The position numbers and the translations under genes are program-made. From Candidatus Woodwardiibium gallinarum (lineage in GTDB: Bacteria; Bacillota; Clostridia; Oscillospirales; CAG-382), in NCBI GenBank assembly GCA_904419545.1, contig CAJFRY010000003.1, positions 30,230 through 94,229 of the forward strand: a stretch of 64,000 bases of DNA. Reading direction: 5' to 3'. The notes beneath the pieces were generated by a model that was not told where the DNA came from, made no database searches, and saw only the letters and a program-made list of their open reading frames with translations. Position 1 is the stretch's first letter; each line of letters begins with the position of its first letter. This document shows positions 50,346 through 60,304 of this stretch, one piece after another.

Positions 50346-51452
50346 ATGACTATGAAACGCTCAACCTTGGCCCCTGCAGCTGTAATTGCCGCTGTTATCA
50401 TCCTGCTTTCCGCTGTATTGATTACCATAGGAATCACATATGCAACGGAACAGGAGCCCCCTCTTCCTGATGCTTCTTCATCTGTCTCTGCCGGCTCCGA
50501 TGCGAGCGGGATGCTCTCCGAACCGTCACAGCCGTCGTCTGACAGCTCGGCGCCGGATGATGAAAGTTCTGATGCCGGCGAATACGAGGAAAGCGCAGAT
50601 ACTTCAAGTGTTCCCGAACTGGGACAGTCGATCCCTGCGATGTCGGCCGGTACATTCAATAGTGTCGATACACAGTATTGTATTTTATATGATGTCACAC
50701 ACGACGCGGTGCTTTATTCCAAAAACAGTACCGAGCGTGCGTATCCGGCCAGCGTAACCAAATTGCTGACTGCAGCAGTTGCCAGCGATTATTGCGATCT
50801 GGATACGCCCTTTACGGTTGGTGATGAACTTGATTTTGTACAGCCGCATTCCAGTCTTGCATATCTTGAAAAGGGGCAGCGGTTGACTTTTGAAGGTTTG
50901 CTGGACGCAATGCTGTTGCCCTCCGGGAATGATGCCGCATATGTGATGGCCTGTGGCGTTGGACGTATCGCTGCGAATGATCCTTCGCTTTCTGTCATAG
51001 ACGCCGTTGCGCTGTTTGTTGATTTGATGAATCAAAAAGCAAGTGAGCTGGGGTGCCTTGATAGCCATTTTTCGAATCCTGATGGATATCATCATGATGA
51101 TCATTATACAACCGCATACGATATGGCGCGGATTGCAGTTGCATGTTTGAAAATTGAGCCTGTTGCCAGATCCTGTGCCAAAACAGTTGGCAGAGCTGTC
51201 TTTTTGTCGGGTGAAGATATTACATGGTCTTCGACCAATAAATTGCTCGGTTCCTATCGCTATGCGACAGGTTTGAAAACCGGCTCCACTGACGAGGCCG
51301 GGCCCTGCCTTGCGGCATCGGCTGAAAAGGACGGTACGACATTGGTCGCTATTCTATTCAATGCGGCTGACTCGTATTCGCGGTATGACGATGCTACAAC
51401 GCTGTTTACTGAAGGATTTCAATATGTAGAGACATTTTTTCCGGCGCAATGA
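50346..51452 (+). CDS. D-alanyl-D-alanine carboxypeptidase (S11 family), membrane-anchored
   Basis: SxxK (PASVTKLLT), SGN (LPSGNDAA) and KTG (GLKTGST) motifs. TM anchor plus an acidic Ser-rich linker. Confidence 0.8.
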   Translation: MTMKRSTLAPAAVIAAVIILLSAVLITIGITYATEQEPPLPDASSSVSAGSDASGMLSEPSQPSSDSSAPDDESSDAGEYEESADTSSVPELGQSIPAMSAGTFNSVDTQYCILYDVTHDAVLYSKNSTERAYPASVTKLLTAAVASDYCDLDTPFTVGDELDFVQPHSSLAYLEKGQRLTFEGLLDAMLLPSGNDAAYVMACGVGRIAANDPSLSVIDAVALFVDLMNQKASELGCLDSHFSNPDGYHHDDHYTTAYDMARIAVACLKIEPVARSCAKTVGRAVFLSGEDITWSSTNKLLGSYRYATGLKTGSTDEAGPCLAASAEKDGTTLVAILFNAADSYSRYDDATTLFTEGFQYVETFFPAQ

Positions 51453-51535
51453 TCCATTGTAAATTGTAGAATCTGCGTCGGTTTGTGAAAAAGCCTCTGT
51501 GCACGCATTATTCTGTAATCATTTTGGATAAAAAT

Positions 51536-51578
51536 AGGAGAACTGCCGCTGAATGGGTGCGGCAGTTCTCTTTTGCGG
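51536..51578. terminator. terminator after the carboxypeptidase gene
   Basis: 12-bp stem GAGAACTGCCGC/GCGGCAGTTCTC followed by TTTTG. Confidence 0.55.
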
Positions 51579-51707
51579 ACCGCCGCAGTCGGTAAATCAT
51601 TGGATTTGTACAAATATGGAACGGGTTAGCATCTCGTCTTTTTTAACGGACATAGGGCAAACACCATTTTTTAAGTCAAAATATGATACGCTTATTGGCT
51701 TGGTATA

Positions 51708-51758
51708 AAAAACAAGTGCCCGAATTTGTTTTCGGGCACTTGTGATTTTTATTTGTGC
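51708..51758. terminator. bidirectional terminator downstream of the permease gene
   Basis: 13-bp stem ACAAGTGCCCGAA/TTCGGGCACTTGT flanked by AAAAAA and TTTTTATTT. Confidence 0.6.
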
Positions 51759-51765
51759 AACTGCT

Positions 51766-53172
51766 TTATAGGTTGGGAAGTATAGCCAGCAGAACAAAGT
51801 TCAAAATAAACAGTGCGGTCGAAACCCAGAGAATCGGATGAATGTCCCTGATTTGCTTCTTGCAGATTTTAGTGATGCAGTAGAAGATGAAGCCTGCCGC
51901 GATGCCGTAGGAAATGCTGTAGCAAAGCGCCATAAATACACCGGCGAAAAACGCAGGTACCGCTTCATCAAAATCGTCCCACTTAATTTCTTTGAAAGCA
52001 GACATCATCATAATACCGACGACAACCAGCGCGGGAGCCGTTGCAGCAGACGGAATGGCGCTTACAAACGTCGCCAGAAACGCACTGGCGGCAAAGCAGA
52101 GGGCGACGACCACACTGGTCAGACCGGTGCGTCCGCCGGCGCCGATTCCCGCAGCGCTTTCTACATAGGTCGTCGTATTGGAGGTGCCGAAAATCGCACC
52201 GATTGATGTGGCCGTGGCGTCTGCAAACAGCGCTTTGTCCATTTTGGATTTAAAGCCGGGCGTCGTTTCCATCGCGCGCTCGTCTTCATCGCTGAATATA
52301 CCGGTGCGGCGGCCCGTACCGATAAAGGTGCCGATTGTGTCAAACGTATCGGAAACACTGAATGAGAAAATGGTGACCAGTACAAGCGGAAGTTTGGAAA
52401 TGTCGGAGAACAGTGAACCCAGCCCCTCGCTGGTAAAAATAACGCCGAAGGTCGAGGGGAGCTGTTTGCATGCTTCCGCAAAGCTGATGGTATCCGTCGT
52501 AGCCGTCACTTCCATCGGAATGCCGATCAGAGCCGTTGCGACGATGCCGATCAGAATTGCGCCCTTAACCTTGCAGACGAGCAGAATGATCGTCAGCGCC
52601 AAACCGATCAGGAAGAGCCAAAGTGACGGGGAATCCAACCTGGCAAGCTCGGGAACTATGCCGGACGTATTTATTGAAACTCCATCCTCAGAAATCGCTG
52701 CACCGGTAAAGCCGATGATGTCAATATTAAGAAGACCAATATAGGCGACAAAGATGCCGATACCGCCGCCGATGGCGTTCTGAAGGCTGCGGGGAATAGA
52801 TTTGATGATGTATTTACGGACTTTTGTAACTGTGATGAGAATGTTGATCAGGCCGCAAATGAACACCATTGACAACGCCTGTTGCCATGTAAAACCGAGT
52901 GTAAAACAGACCGTATAGACAAAAAACGCGTTTAGTCCCATACCCGGCGCCTGTGCATAGGGAACATTAGCCACAAGGCCCATAATCAATGTGCCGATAA
53001 TAGCTGAAATGATGGTCGCCAGAAAAACGGCGCCCCATTCCATACCAGACGCACTCAGCAGCGTCGGGTTCACGGCGATGATATACGCCATTGCGAAAAA
53101 TGTTGTGAGTCCTGCGATTACCTCTCTTCCTACCGTAGTTCCGTTTTGCTTGAGCTTAAAAAAGCGATCCAC
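51766..53172 (-). CDS. NCS2 family nucleobase permease (AzgA/PbuG-like guanine-hypoxanthine type)
   Basis: PbuG-like N-terminus DRFFKLKQNGTTVGREVIAGLTTFFAMAYI. The real start is the GTG at 53172, 8 nt after AAGGAGGG. The ORF-track start at 53298 is over-extended. Confidence 0.85.
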   Translation of the reverse strand: MDRFFKLKQNGTTVGREVIAGLTTFFAMAYIIAVNPTLLSASGMEWGAVFLATIISAIIGTLIMGLVANVPYAQAPGMGLNAFFVYTVCFTLGFTWQQALSMVFICGLINILITVTKVRKYIIKSIPRSLQNAIGGGIGIFVAYIGLLNIDIIGFTGAAISEDGVSINTSGIVPELARLDSPSLWLFLIGLALTIILLVCKVKGAILIGIVATALIGIPMEVTATTDTISFAEACKQLPSTFGVIFTSEGLGSLFSDISKLPLVLVTIFSFSVSDTFDTIGTFIGTGRRTGIFSDEDERAMETTPGFKSKMDKALFADATATSIGAIFGTSNTTTYVESAAGIGAGGRTGLTSVVVALCFAASAFLATFVSAIPSAATAPALVVVGIMMMSAFKEIKWDDFDEAVPAFFAGVFMALCYSISYGIAAGFIFYCITKICKKQIRDIHPILWVSTALFILNFVLLAILPNL

Positions 53173-53565
53173 AAATTTTGCCCTCCTTTTGTTTTTCCGC
53201 TCCCGCGGTTGATCCTCTTTCTGAAAGCCAAACAATGCTTGCGGAAAATCCGCAACAAGCATTTTCTGTATTTTAGCACAAAAATAATAAAAACACAAGA
53301 TAAATTAAAAATTTATTTCCGATTTCCTGCGAAATTTCCGTTTTAAGGAAGTTTCGGCAAGCATTCAAGTGGTTGTTTCCTGCTTTTTCAGACGTTTTTC
53401 GGCGTTCCGGTGATGTAAATGGATTATAAGCGGAAAGAATGTGATTTTGCGCTGTTCAAAAGCCACCGCATAGTATATACAGACTCTTTTGTTCGCTGTA
53501 ATTGTTTCCGACTGTCGGTAAAGCGCGGGCAAAAAGATTGTTTTAAGCCGATATTGCAGCCTGCA

Positions 53566-54441
53566 TCAAGAAACAATATCTGTATAGCAATTTGGCCGCC
53601 GGTCACGGAATAGCCCCCATTCCAACCGCTTCATTTGAAGTGTATCCATATCGAACTCCGCGCACAGGATTGCTTCGCCGTCGCGTCCGGCAGAAGTGAG
53701 GAGAGCGCCTGATTCGTCGGTGATGAACGAGCTTCCGTAGAAGGTCAGTTCCGAATGCTGTCCGCCGTTTTCCGGCGACGGCTCCACCCGCTCGGCGCCG
53801 TAACGATTGGCGGCGAGCACAGGAATGAGGTTCGCCGCTGCGTGTCCCTGCATACAGCGCTGCCAGTGTCCCGCGCTGTCTACGTCGAGGACGGGCTCCG
53901 AACCGATGGCGGTGGGAAAAAACAGCAATTCCGCGCCCTTGAGTGCCAGACAGCGCGCCGTTTCGGGGAACCATTGGTCCCAGCAGATGCCGACGCCGAT
54001 GCGGGCGTATTTTGTGTCCCAAACGCGAAAACCTGTGTTTCCGGGTGTGAAATAAAATTTTTCCTGATAATAATGGTCGTCGGGGATGTGTGTCTTGCGG
54101 TATACGCCCAATAGGGTGCCGTCCGCATCGATTATAGCGACGGAATTATAAAGGCAGTTCCCGTCACGCTCGTAAAAACTCACCGGCAGCACAACGTGCA
54201 GCTTTTTTGCCAGCGCCGACATACGGCGTACCGCCGCGTTTTCGGTTGCCGGCATTGCGTAGCGGTAATAGCCGTACCGCCGCTCCTGACAGAAATAAAG
54301 GCGCTCAAACAGCTCGGGCAGCAGAATGATCTGCGCGCCCCGGTCTGCGGCCTGCCGGATCAGACGTTCGGCTGTATCGAGGTTGGTTTCAACGTCCGGT
54401 GCACACTGCATCTGGACTGCCGCTGTTATGACTTTTCTCAT
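53566..54441 (-). CDS. aguB: N-carbamoylputrescine amidase
   Basis: Carbon-nitrogen hydrolase fold with the E-K-C triad context (LPELF, GVGICWDQWFPE). Confidence 0.85.
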   Translation of the reverse strand: MRKVITAAVQMQCAPDVETNLDTAERLIRQAADRGAQIILLPELFERLYFCQERRYGYYRYAMPATENAAVRRMSALAKKLHVVLPVSFYERDGNCLYNSVAIIDADGTLLGVYRKTHIPDDHYYQEKFYFTPGNTGFRVWDTKYARIGVGICWDQWFPETARCLALKGAELLFFPTAIGSEPVLDVDSAGHWQRCMQGHAAANLIPVLAANRYGAERVEPSPENGGQHSELTFYGSSFITDESGALLTSAGRDGEAILCAEFDMDTLQMKRLEWGLFRDRRPNCYTDIVS

Positions 54442-55556
54442 AAAGTCGGAACCCCCTTCGGAATTTGTTGCGTAATACAGTGAATGTTGCCGCCGCCGAG
54501 CAGAATATCGCGCGCATAGACGGGGATGACCGTCCGCTCCGGGCAGAGCGCGGTGAGAAGCTCGACAGCGCGCCGGTCGGACGCTTCGTTTCCGTTGCCG
54601 AACACGGGCAGGATCAATCCACCGTTGACAAACAAAAAGTTAACATACGAGGCAGCCAACCGTTCGCCCGGTTCGCGTGTGTCCTCGCCCGGCTCAAAGA
54701 CATACGCTTCGCACTCCTCCTGCGTTACGCAGACGGGCTTATCTGGAATGGGCAGCTTATGGACAGTGAGACGGCGGCCGCGGGCGTCCGTCTGCATCCG
54801 CAGGTAGTTGAAACAAGCCTGTGACAGCGGAAACTGCGGGTCATTTTCGTCATCCGTCCACGCGAGGACGACCTCGGCGGGACGGAGAAACGCACACATG
54901 TTGTCAACGTGCTCGTTCGTCTCGTCGTTATAAATGCCGCGCGGCAGCCAGAGCACTTTTTCCGCACAGAGGTATTGCTTGAGCTTAAGCTCAATCTCGG
55001 CTTTCGTCAGTGACGGATTCCGCCCTTTGCTGAGCAGGCAGGACTCGGTGACCAGCAGTGTGCCCTCACCGTCGCTGTGAACGGCGCCGCCCTCCATAAC
55101 GAAGGGAGAAGCGTCGTAGCAATCCACGCCCACCGCTTCACAGAATGCGGGCGCGAGGGCATTATCCTTATCCCAGGAAGCGTAAAGTCCGTCGACTGAG
55201 CCGCCCCAAGCGTTAAATTGCCAGCTTATGCCGCGAAGACGGCCTGCGCCGTCCCGAACAAAGGTCGGCGCGACGTCGCGTGCCCACGAGTCGTCTGCTT
55301 CGATTTCCAATATGCGGACCGCATCGGGCAGCGCATTGCGCGCCTGTTGGATATAGGCCGCCGGTGCGAGCATCAGTACCTTTGCAAAGCGGTTGATTGC
55401 GAAAGCTACGCTGCGAAATGCTTCGATTGCCTTTGCGGGATCAGCGCCCCACGAGCCTTGACGGAAGGGCCAGATCATGACCACCGCCTGCTGTTCATCG
55501 AATTCGGCCGGCATACGGAAGCCGTCGTCTGCTGGCAGGGTATGCAGAAGCGCCAT
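54438..55556 (-). CDS. aguA: agmatine deiminase
   Basis: PAD_porph-type agmatine deiminase fold with a C-terminal catalytic Cys (GGGNIHCITQQ). Confidence 0.88.
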   Translation of the reverse strand: MALLHTLPADDGFRMPAEFDEQQAVVMIWPFRQGSWGADPAKAIEAFRSVAFAINRFAKVLMLAPAAYIQQARNALPDAVRILEIEADDSWARDVAPTFVRDGAGRLRGISWQFNAWGGSVDGLYASWDKDNALAPAFCEAVGVDCYDASPFVMEGGAVHSDGEGTLLVTESCLLSKGRNPSLTKAEIELKLKQYLCAEKVLWLPRGIYNDETNEHVDNMCAFLRPAEVVLAWTDDENDPQFPLSQACFNYLRMQTDARGRRLTVHKLPIPDKPVCVTQEECEAYVFEPGEDTREPGERLAASYVNFLFVNGGLILPVFGNGNEASDRRAVELLTALCPERTVIPVYARDILLGGGNIHCITQQIPKGVPTL

Positions 55557-55558
55557 CT

Positions 55559-56677
55559 TCAGGACAGCCTCCCTTTGAAATCTTCATAGCCGAAGCTTTT
55601 CACCAGTTCGGCTTCGCCGTTTTCGCGCAGCAGTGCAATCGAGGGAAGCGGCATTCCGTTGAACGTGTTGTTTTTTACCATCGTATAAATTGCCATATCA
55701 TCAAAAATTAAACGATCCCCGATTTCCACTGGCTTGTCGAAGCTGTAATCGCCGATGCTGTCGCCTGCGAGGCAGGTGCGCGCAGCCAGTCGGTATTCGT
55801 AAGGCTTTTCGCCCGGAAGTCCTGCGCCGTGCAGCGGCGGGCGGTAAGGCATCTCCAGCACGTCAGGCATGTGGCAGGCGGCGGAGGCGTCCAGAATCAA
55901 AATGGATTTGCCGTTTTCCACGATATCCAGAACCGTAGTGACAAGCCGGCCCGCGTTAAGTGCGACGGCTTCGCCGGGTTCAAGATATACGGTCAGGCCG
56001 TATTCATCGCGGATATAACCGATAAGCCTTTCCAGTGCGGTGATGTCATACCCGGGGCGCGTGATGTGGTGACCGCCGCCAAGGTTGAGCCATTTGAGCG
56101 CACGGAAATGACGGCTAAAGTCCCGTTCCAGCACCTTGAAGGTTTCGACCAGCGCGTCGGAATTCTGTTCGCAGAGCGTGTGCATATGAAAGCCCTCTAC
56201 GCCGGCGGGCAGCTCGGCAGGGAAGTGCTCGCGCGGGATGCCGAGACGGGAAAAAGGCGCGCAGGGGTCGTAAATCGCGCCCGACTGCGTGGAATGGCAG
56301 GGATTGATGCGCAGCCCCGCGCTCACACCGGAAAGGCGCGGAAAAAAAGTCTCAAACTGCCTGATGGAATTGAAAATGACATGACTGCAAATCCTGCAAA
56401 GCTCGTCGATTTCATCCGCTTTATAGGCAGGGGAGTAAACGTGGTTTTCCTTTCCCATCTCTTCTAAGCCGAGCCGCGCTTCATAAAGCCCGCTGGCTGC
56501 GGTGCCGCTGATATACCGGCCGATGAGCGGGTAAAGCGAAAATGCCGAAAACGCCTTTTGTGCCAGCAGGATGCGGCAGCCGCTGCGCTTCTCAAGTTCA
56601 GACAGAATCAAAAGATTAGCCTTCAAACGTGCCTCGTCAATCACATAAACGGGCGTGGGCAGCTCTTGGAAACGCAT
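55559..56677 (-). CDS. nspC: carboxynorspermidine/carboxyspermidine decarboxylase
   Basis: Alanine-racemase-fold PLP decarboxylase matching the NspC family over 372 aa. Confidence 0.85.
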   Translation of the reverse strand: MRFQELPTPVYVIDEARLKANLLILSELEKRSGCRILLAQKAFSAFSLYPLIGRYISGTAASGLYEARLGLEEMGKENHVYSPAYKADEIDELCRICSHVIFNSIRQFETFFPRLSGVSAGLRINPCHSTQSGAIYDPCAPFSRLGIPREHFPAELPAGVEGFHMHTLCEQNSDALVETFKVLERDFSRHFRALKWLNLGGGHHITRPGYDITALERLIGYIRDEYGLTVYLEPGEAVALNAGRLVTTVLDIVENGKSILILDASAACHMPDVLEMPYRPPLHGAGLPGEKPYEYRLAARTCLAGDSIGDYSFDKPVEIGDRLIFDDMAIYTMVKNNTFNGMPLPSIALLRENGEAELVKSFGYEDFKGRLS

Positions 56678-56683
56678 GCCGGT

Positions 56684-57943
56684 TCAATCGACGAGGCGGG
56701 GATTTTCATCCACTACCCAAGGCAAGCCGAAGCGGTTGAGCGCGTCCATAAACGGGTCGGGATCGAACTGCTCGGTGGTGAACACGCCCTTTTTGTTCCA
56801 AACGCCCGAGATGACGAGCGCGGCGCCGATCATCGCCGGGACGCCGGTGGTGTAGGAAATGGCTTGCGAGCCGACTTCGCGGTAGCAGGCTTCGTGGTCG
56901 CAGATGTTGTAGATATAGATGCTCTTTTCTTTGCCATCCTTGACGCCGGTAAAGATACAACCGATATTCGTTTTGCCTTTTGTCCGCGGTCCGAGCGTAG
57001 CCGGGTCCGGCAGCAGCGCCTTGAGAAACTGAATCGGCACAATCGGGCGGCCTTCGAATTCGACGGGCGTGGTGGAAAGCATTCCTACGTTTTCCAGACA
57101 CTTCATATGCGTCAGGTAGCTTTGGCCAAACGTCATAAAAAAGCGGATGCGCTTCGCTTCGGGAAAGCTGGCCGCGAGCGATTCGATTTCCTCGTGATGC
57201 AGCAGGTACATATCTTTTTTACCCACACCGTCAAAATCGTATTCGCGCTTGATGGCCATCGGCTCGGTCTCGACCCAATGACCGTTCTCCCAGTACGACC
57301 CGTTAGCGGACACCTCGCGCAGGTTGATTTCGGGATTGAAGTTGGTCGCGAACGGATATCCGTGATCGCCGCCGTTGCAGTCAAGAATGTCGATGTAGTG
57401 GATTTCATCAAAATAATGCTTCTTGGCGTACGCGGTGAATACGCTGGTCACACCAGGGTCGAATCCGCTTCCCAGCAGCGCCGTGATGCCGGCCTTCTCG
57501 TACTTTTCGCGGTAAGCCCACTGCCATGAATAATCGAAATAGGCGGTAAAGCCTTTTTCGCGGCAGCGTTTCTCGTAAACCTTCCGCCACGCGGGGTCGT
57601 CGGTATTTTCGGGCTCATAGTTGGCTGTGTCGATGTAGTCGGTGTGCGTTCGGAGGCAGGCTTCCATAATCGTCAGGTCCTGATAGGGGAGGGCGACATT
57701 GAGGACCGCTGCCGGCTGATAATGCCCGATCAAATCGACGAGCTGCTGCACGTTGTCGGCGTCCACCTGTGCGGTGGTCAGCTTGACGGAGGTCGTCTTT
57801 TCCAGCTTTTCCTTCAGCGCGTCACACTTGGATTGGGTGCGGCTGGCGATGCAGAGCTCGCTGAACACGCCGCTGTTCTCGCAGCATTTGTGGATGGCGA
57901 CCGAGGCGACGCCGCCGCAGCCGATGACAAGCAGTTTGCTCAT
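56684..57943 (-). CDS. carboxynorspermidine/carboxyspermidine dehydrogenase (saccharopine dehydrogenase family)
   Basis: N-terminal Rossmann fold (LLVIGCGGVASVAIHK) and a CANSDH-like C-terminus. Confidence 0.85.
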   Translation of the reverse strand: MSKLLVIGCGGVASVAIHKCCENSGVFSELCIASRTQSKCDALKEKLEKTTSVKLTTAQVDADNVQQLVDLIGHYQPAAVLNVALPYQDLTIMEACLRTHTDYIDTANYEPENTDDPAWRKVYEKRCREKGFTAYFDYSWQWAYREKYEKAGITALLGSGFDPGVTSVFTAYAKKHYFDEIHYIDILDCNGGDHGYPFATNFNPEINLREVSANGSYWENGHWVETEPMAIKREYDFDGVGKKDMYLLHHEEIESLAASFPEAKRIRFFMTFGQSYLTHMKCLENVGMLSTTPVEFEGRPIVPIQFLKALLPDPATLGPRTKGKTNIGCIFTGVKDGKEKSIYIYNICDHEACYREVGSQAISYTTGVPAMIGAALVISGVWNKKGVFTTEQFDPDPFMDALNRFGLPWVVDENPRLVD

Positions 57944-57968
57944 AATTTTGCTTTTCCTTTCTGTACGG

Positions 57969-58826
57969 TCAGTTTTTTTCTTCTTCGATCAGAAGATCCT
58001 CTACATATTTCGGAAGCATGAACGCACCCATATGCAGATTGGTCGTATAATACCACGTTTTGATGCCGCGGCGGTTCCAACGTGCCGCATCAAGATCGAT
58101 GAGGGGATGATATTTTTTGGACGCGAAGCCGAACAGCCAATAGCCCGCCGCGCATGTCGGAATATGTGCCTGATACACGCGGCTGATGGGGAAGGAGCGG
58201 AACGCCTTGCGATGCATCGCGCGGCAGGGTTCTTCGTCCTCGTCGTAGAAGGGGCTGCCATGCTGGTAAACCATAATCCCGTCGTCGTGCAGTGCCTTGT
58301 AGCAGCTCCCGTAAAACTCCTTGGTGAACAGGCCGGCCGTATGACCGAGCGGGTCGGTCGAGTCGTTGATGATCAGGTCATACGCGTCCTGCTTGGTTCG
58401 CAGAAAGCGCAGTCCGTCCTGATAATATACGGTAACGCGCGGGTCATCCAGCCCCTTCGCGTTGTCGGGGAAGAATTCTCGGCAGACGTCGACGAACATT
58501 TTGTCCGGCTCGACGACGTCGATGGCTTCGATTTCGTCGTAATAAGATAGCTCGCGCGCCACGCCGCCGTCACCGCCGCCGATGACCAGCACACGCCTGA
58601 CGTTCGGGTGAACGGCCATCGGCACGTGGACGATCATCTCGTCGTAGGTGAACTCGTCCTTTTCCGAAAAGATGATGCTGCCGTCCGAGGTCAGAAACAG
58701 CCCGAATTCGGGCGAATCGAACACGTCGATGCGCTGAAAATCACTTTGCGCGCCGAAAAGCTGACGGTTGACCCGAATAGAGATTTTTACATTGTTTGTA
58801 TGCATTTCGGAAAACCAGAATTCCAT
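57969..58826 (-). CDS. speE: polyamine aminopropyltransferase (spermidine synthase)
   Basis: SpeE motifs (VLVIGGGDGGVARE, DSTDP). Its ATG overlaps the speA stop as TGATG. Confidence 0.85.
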   Translation of the reverse strand: MEFWFSEMHTNNVKISIRVNRQLFGAQSDFQRIDVFDSPEFGLFLTSDGSIIFSEKDEFTYDEMIVHVPMAVHPNVRRVLVIGGGDGGVARELSYYDEIEAIDVVEPDKMFVDVCREFFPDNAKGLDDPRVTVYYQDGLRFLRTKQDAYDLIINDSTDPLGHTAGLFTKEFYGSCYKALHDDGIMVYQHGSPFYDEDEEPCRAMHRKAFRSFPISRVYQAHIPTCAAGYWLFGFASKKYHPLIDLDAARWNRRGIKTWYYTTNLHMGAFMLPKYVEDLLIEEEKN

Positions 58827-60286
58827 CAATAGCTTCCTTCCATCAGTACGTTCAGGCGGCAGACCGTCGGATCCTCCGTGCCCTGCATCGAGCAGCCTTT
58901 TTCCTTCGCGTATTCAATATAATCAATGATGTCCTCCGTCACAACCTCGCCCGGAGCGAGGATCGGGATGCCGGGGGGATAGCACATCACGAATTCGCTG
59001 CAAACCCGTCCGCGGGTCTGGCGCAGCGGCAGCGATTCTTTCTTGGCGTAAAAAGCTTTCTGTGGGGTGGTGACCACCCGAGGCGCAATGTATTCGTTTG
59101 ACAGCATGCCTTTGGTATCCTTTGCGTACAGCCGCTTGATGTCCGACAGCGCGCCTACGAAGCGTTCGATGTCTTGAATGCGGTCGCCGATGGAAATATA
59201 GGCAAGGATGTTGCCGATATCGCCGAATTCGATTTGGATGTCGTACTCGTCGCGCAGCAGATCGTAGACCTCGATGCCCGCCAGACCGATGTCGCGGGTG
59301 TATACCGACAGCTTGGTAACGTCGTAGTCATATATGCTATTGCCGTTGACCAGCTCGCGGCCATAGGCGTAATAACCGCCAATGCCGTTGATCTCGCTTC
59401 TGGCGTACTCTGCCATTGCCGTAACCTTCTCAAACGACGCTTCCCCCCGCAGCGCAAGGTTACGGCGGGAAATGTCCAGGCTGGACATCAACAGATAAGA
59501 AGCGCTGGTCGTCTGAGTCAGATTGATGATTTGGCTGACATAGCCCGCACTCACGTTTTTCCCCAGCAGAAGAAGCGAGCTTTGCGTCAGGCTTCCGCCT
59601 GATTTATGCATTGAGACCGCCGACATATCCGCTCCGGCGGCGATGGCCGAAATGGGCAGATTTTTTCCGAAATAAAAATGCGTGCCGTGCGCTTCGTCTG
59701 CCAGCGCAAGCATTCCGTGTTCGTGCGCCAGCCGCACGATCTCGCGGATGTTTGAGCAGATGCCGTAGTAGGTCGGGTTGTTGACTAAAACGGCCACGGC
59801 TGTCGGATTGTCCAAAATCGCGCGCTCTACGTCGCCAAGCTCCATCCCCAGCGAGATGCCGAGGCGGTTGTCTACCTTCGGGTTGACGTAGACCGGCTCG
59901 GCACCGCAGAGAACGAGCGCATTGATGACGCTGCGGTGCACGTTCCGCGGCAGGATGATCTTGTCGCCCGCTTTGCAGGCGGACAGCACCATGCTCTGAA
60001 CCGACGACGTGGTGCCGCCGACCATAAAGAAAGCGTTTTCGGCGCCGAATGCATCGGCTGCAAGTGCCTCCGCTTCGAGGATGACCGAAACCGGGTGACA
60101 AAGATTGTCCAGCGGCTTCATCGAATTGACGTCCATACCGACGCATTTTTCACCCAGCAGCTCTACCAGCTCGGGATTGCCGCGTCCGCGTTTGTGGCCG
60201 GGAACGTCAAAAGGGACGACCCGCTGCCTTCTGAATTTTTCCAGCGCTTCATAAAGCGGCGCTCTTTTTTGATTGTTTAGATTCAT
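58826..60286 (-). CDS. speA: arginine decarboxylase (Orn/Lys/Arg decarboxylase family)
   Basis: PLP-lysine region (SMHKSGGSLTQSS) and the OKR_DC_1 fold. The start was reset to the ATG at 60286 (MNLNNQKRAPLYEAL) after GGAGTG. Confidence 0.85.
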   Translation of the reverse strand: MNLNNQKRAPLYEALEKFRRQRVVPFDVPGHKRGRGNPELVELLGEKCVGMDVNSMKPLDNLCHPVSVILEAEALAADAFGAENAFFMVGGTTSSVQSMVLSACKAGDKIILPRNVHRSVINALVLCGAEPVYVNPKVDNRLGISLGMELGDVERAILDNPTAVAVLVNNPTYYGICSNIREIVRLAHEHGMLALADEAHGTHFYFGKNLPISAIAAGADMSAVSMHKSGGSLTQSSLLLLGKNVSAGYVSQIINLTQTTSASYLLMSSLDISRRNLALRGEASFEKVTAMAEYARSEINGIGGYYAYGRELVNGNSIYDYDVTKLSVYTRDIGLAGIEVYDLLRDEYDIQIEFGDIGNILAYISIGDRIQDIERFVGALSDIKRLYAKDTKGMLSNEYIAPRVVTTPQKAFYAKKESLPLRQTRGRVCSEFVMCYPPGIPILAPGEVVTEDIIDYIEYAKEKGCSMQGTEDPTVCRLNVLMEGSY

Positions 60287-60304
60287 GCCAACACTCCGCG
60301 TTCT

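Noticed and set aside
53173-53420. Guanine/purine riboswitch upstream of the NCS2 permease
   Set aside because: I reverse-complemented the leader and looked for the conserved purine-aptamer junction motifs (for example the U-rich J2-3 and GUUUCUACC-like segments). None was found, only a simple hairpin.
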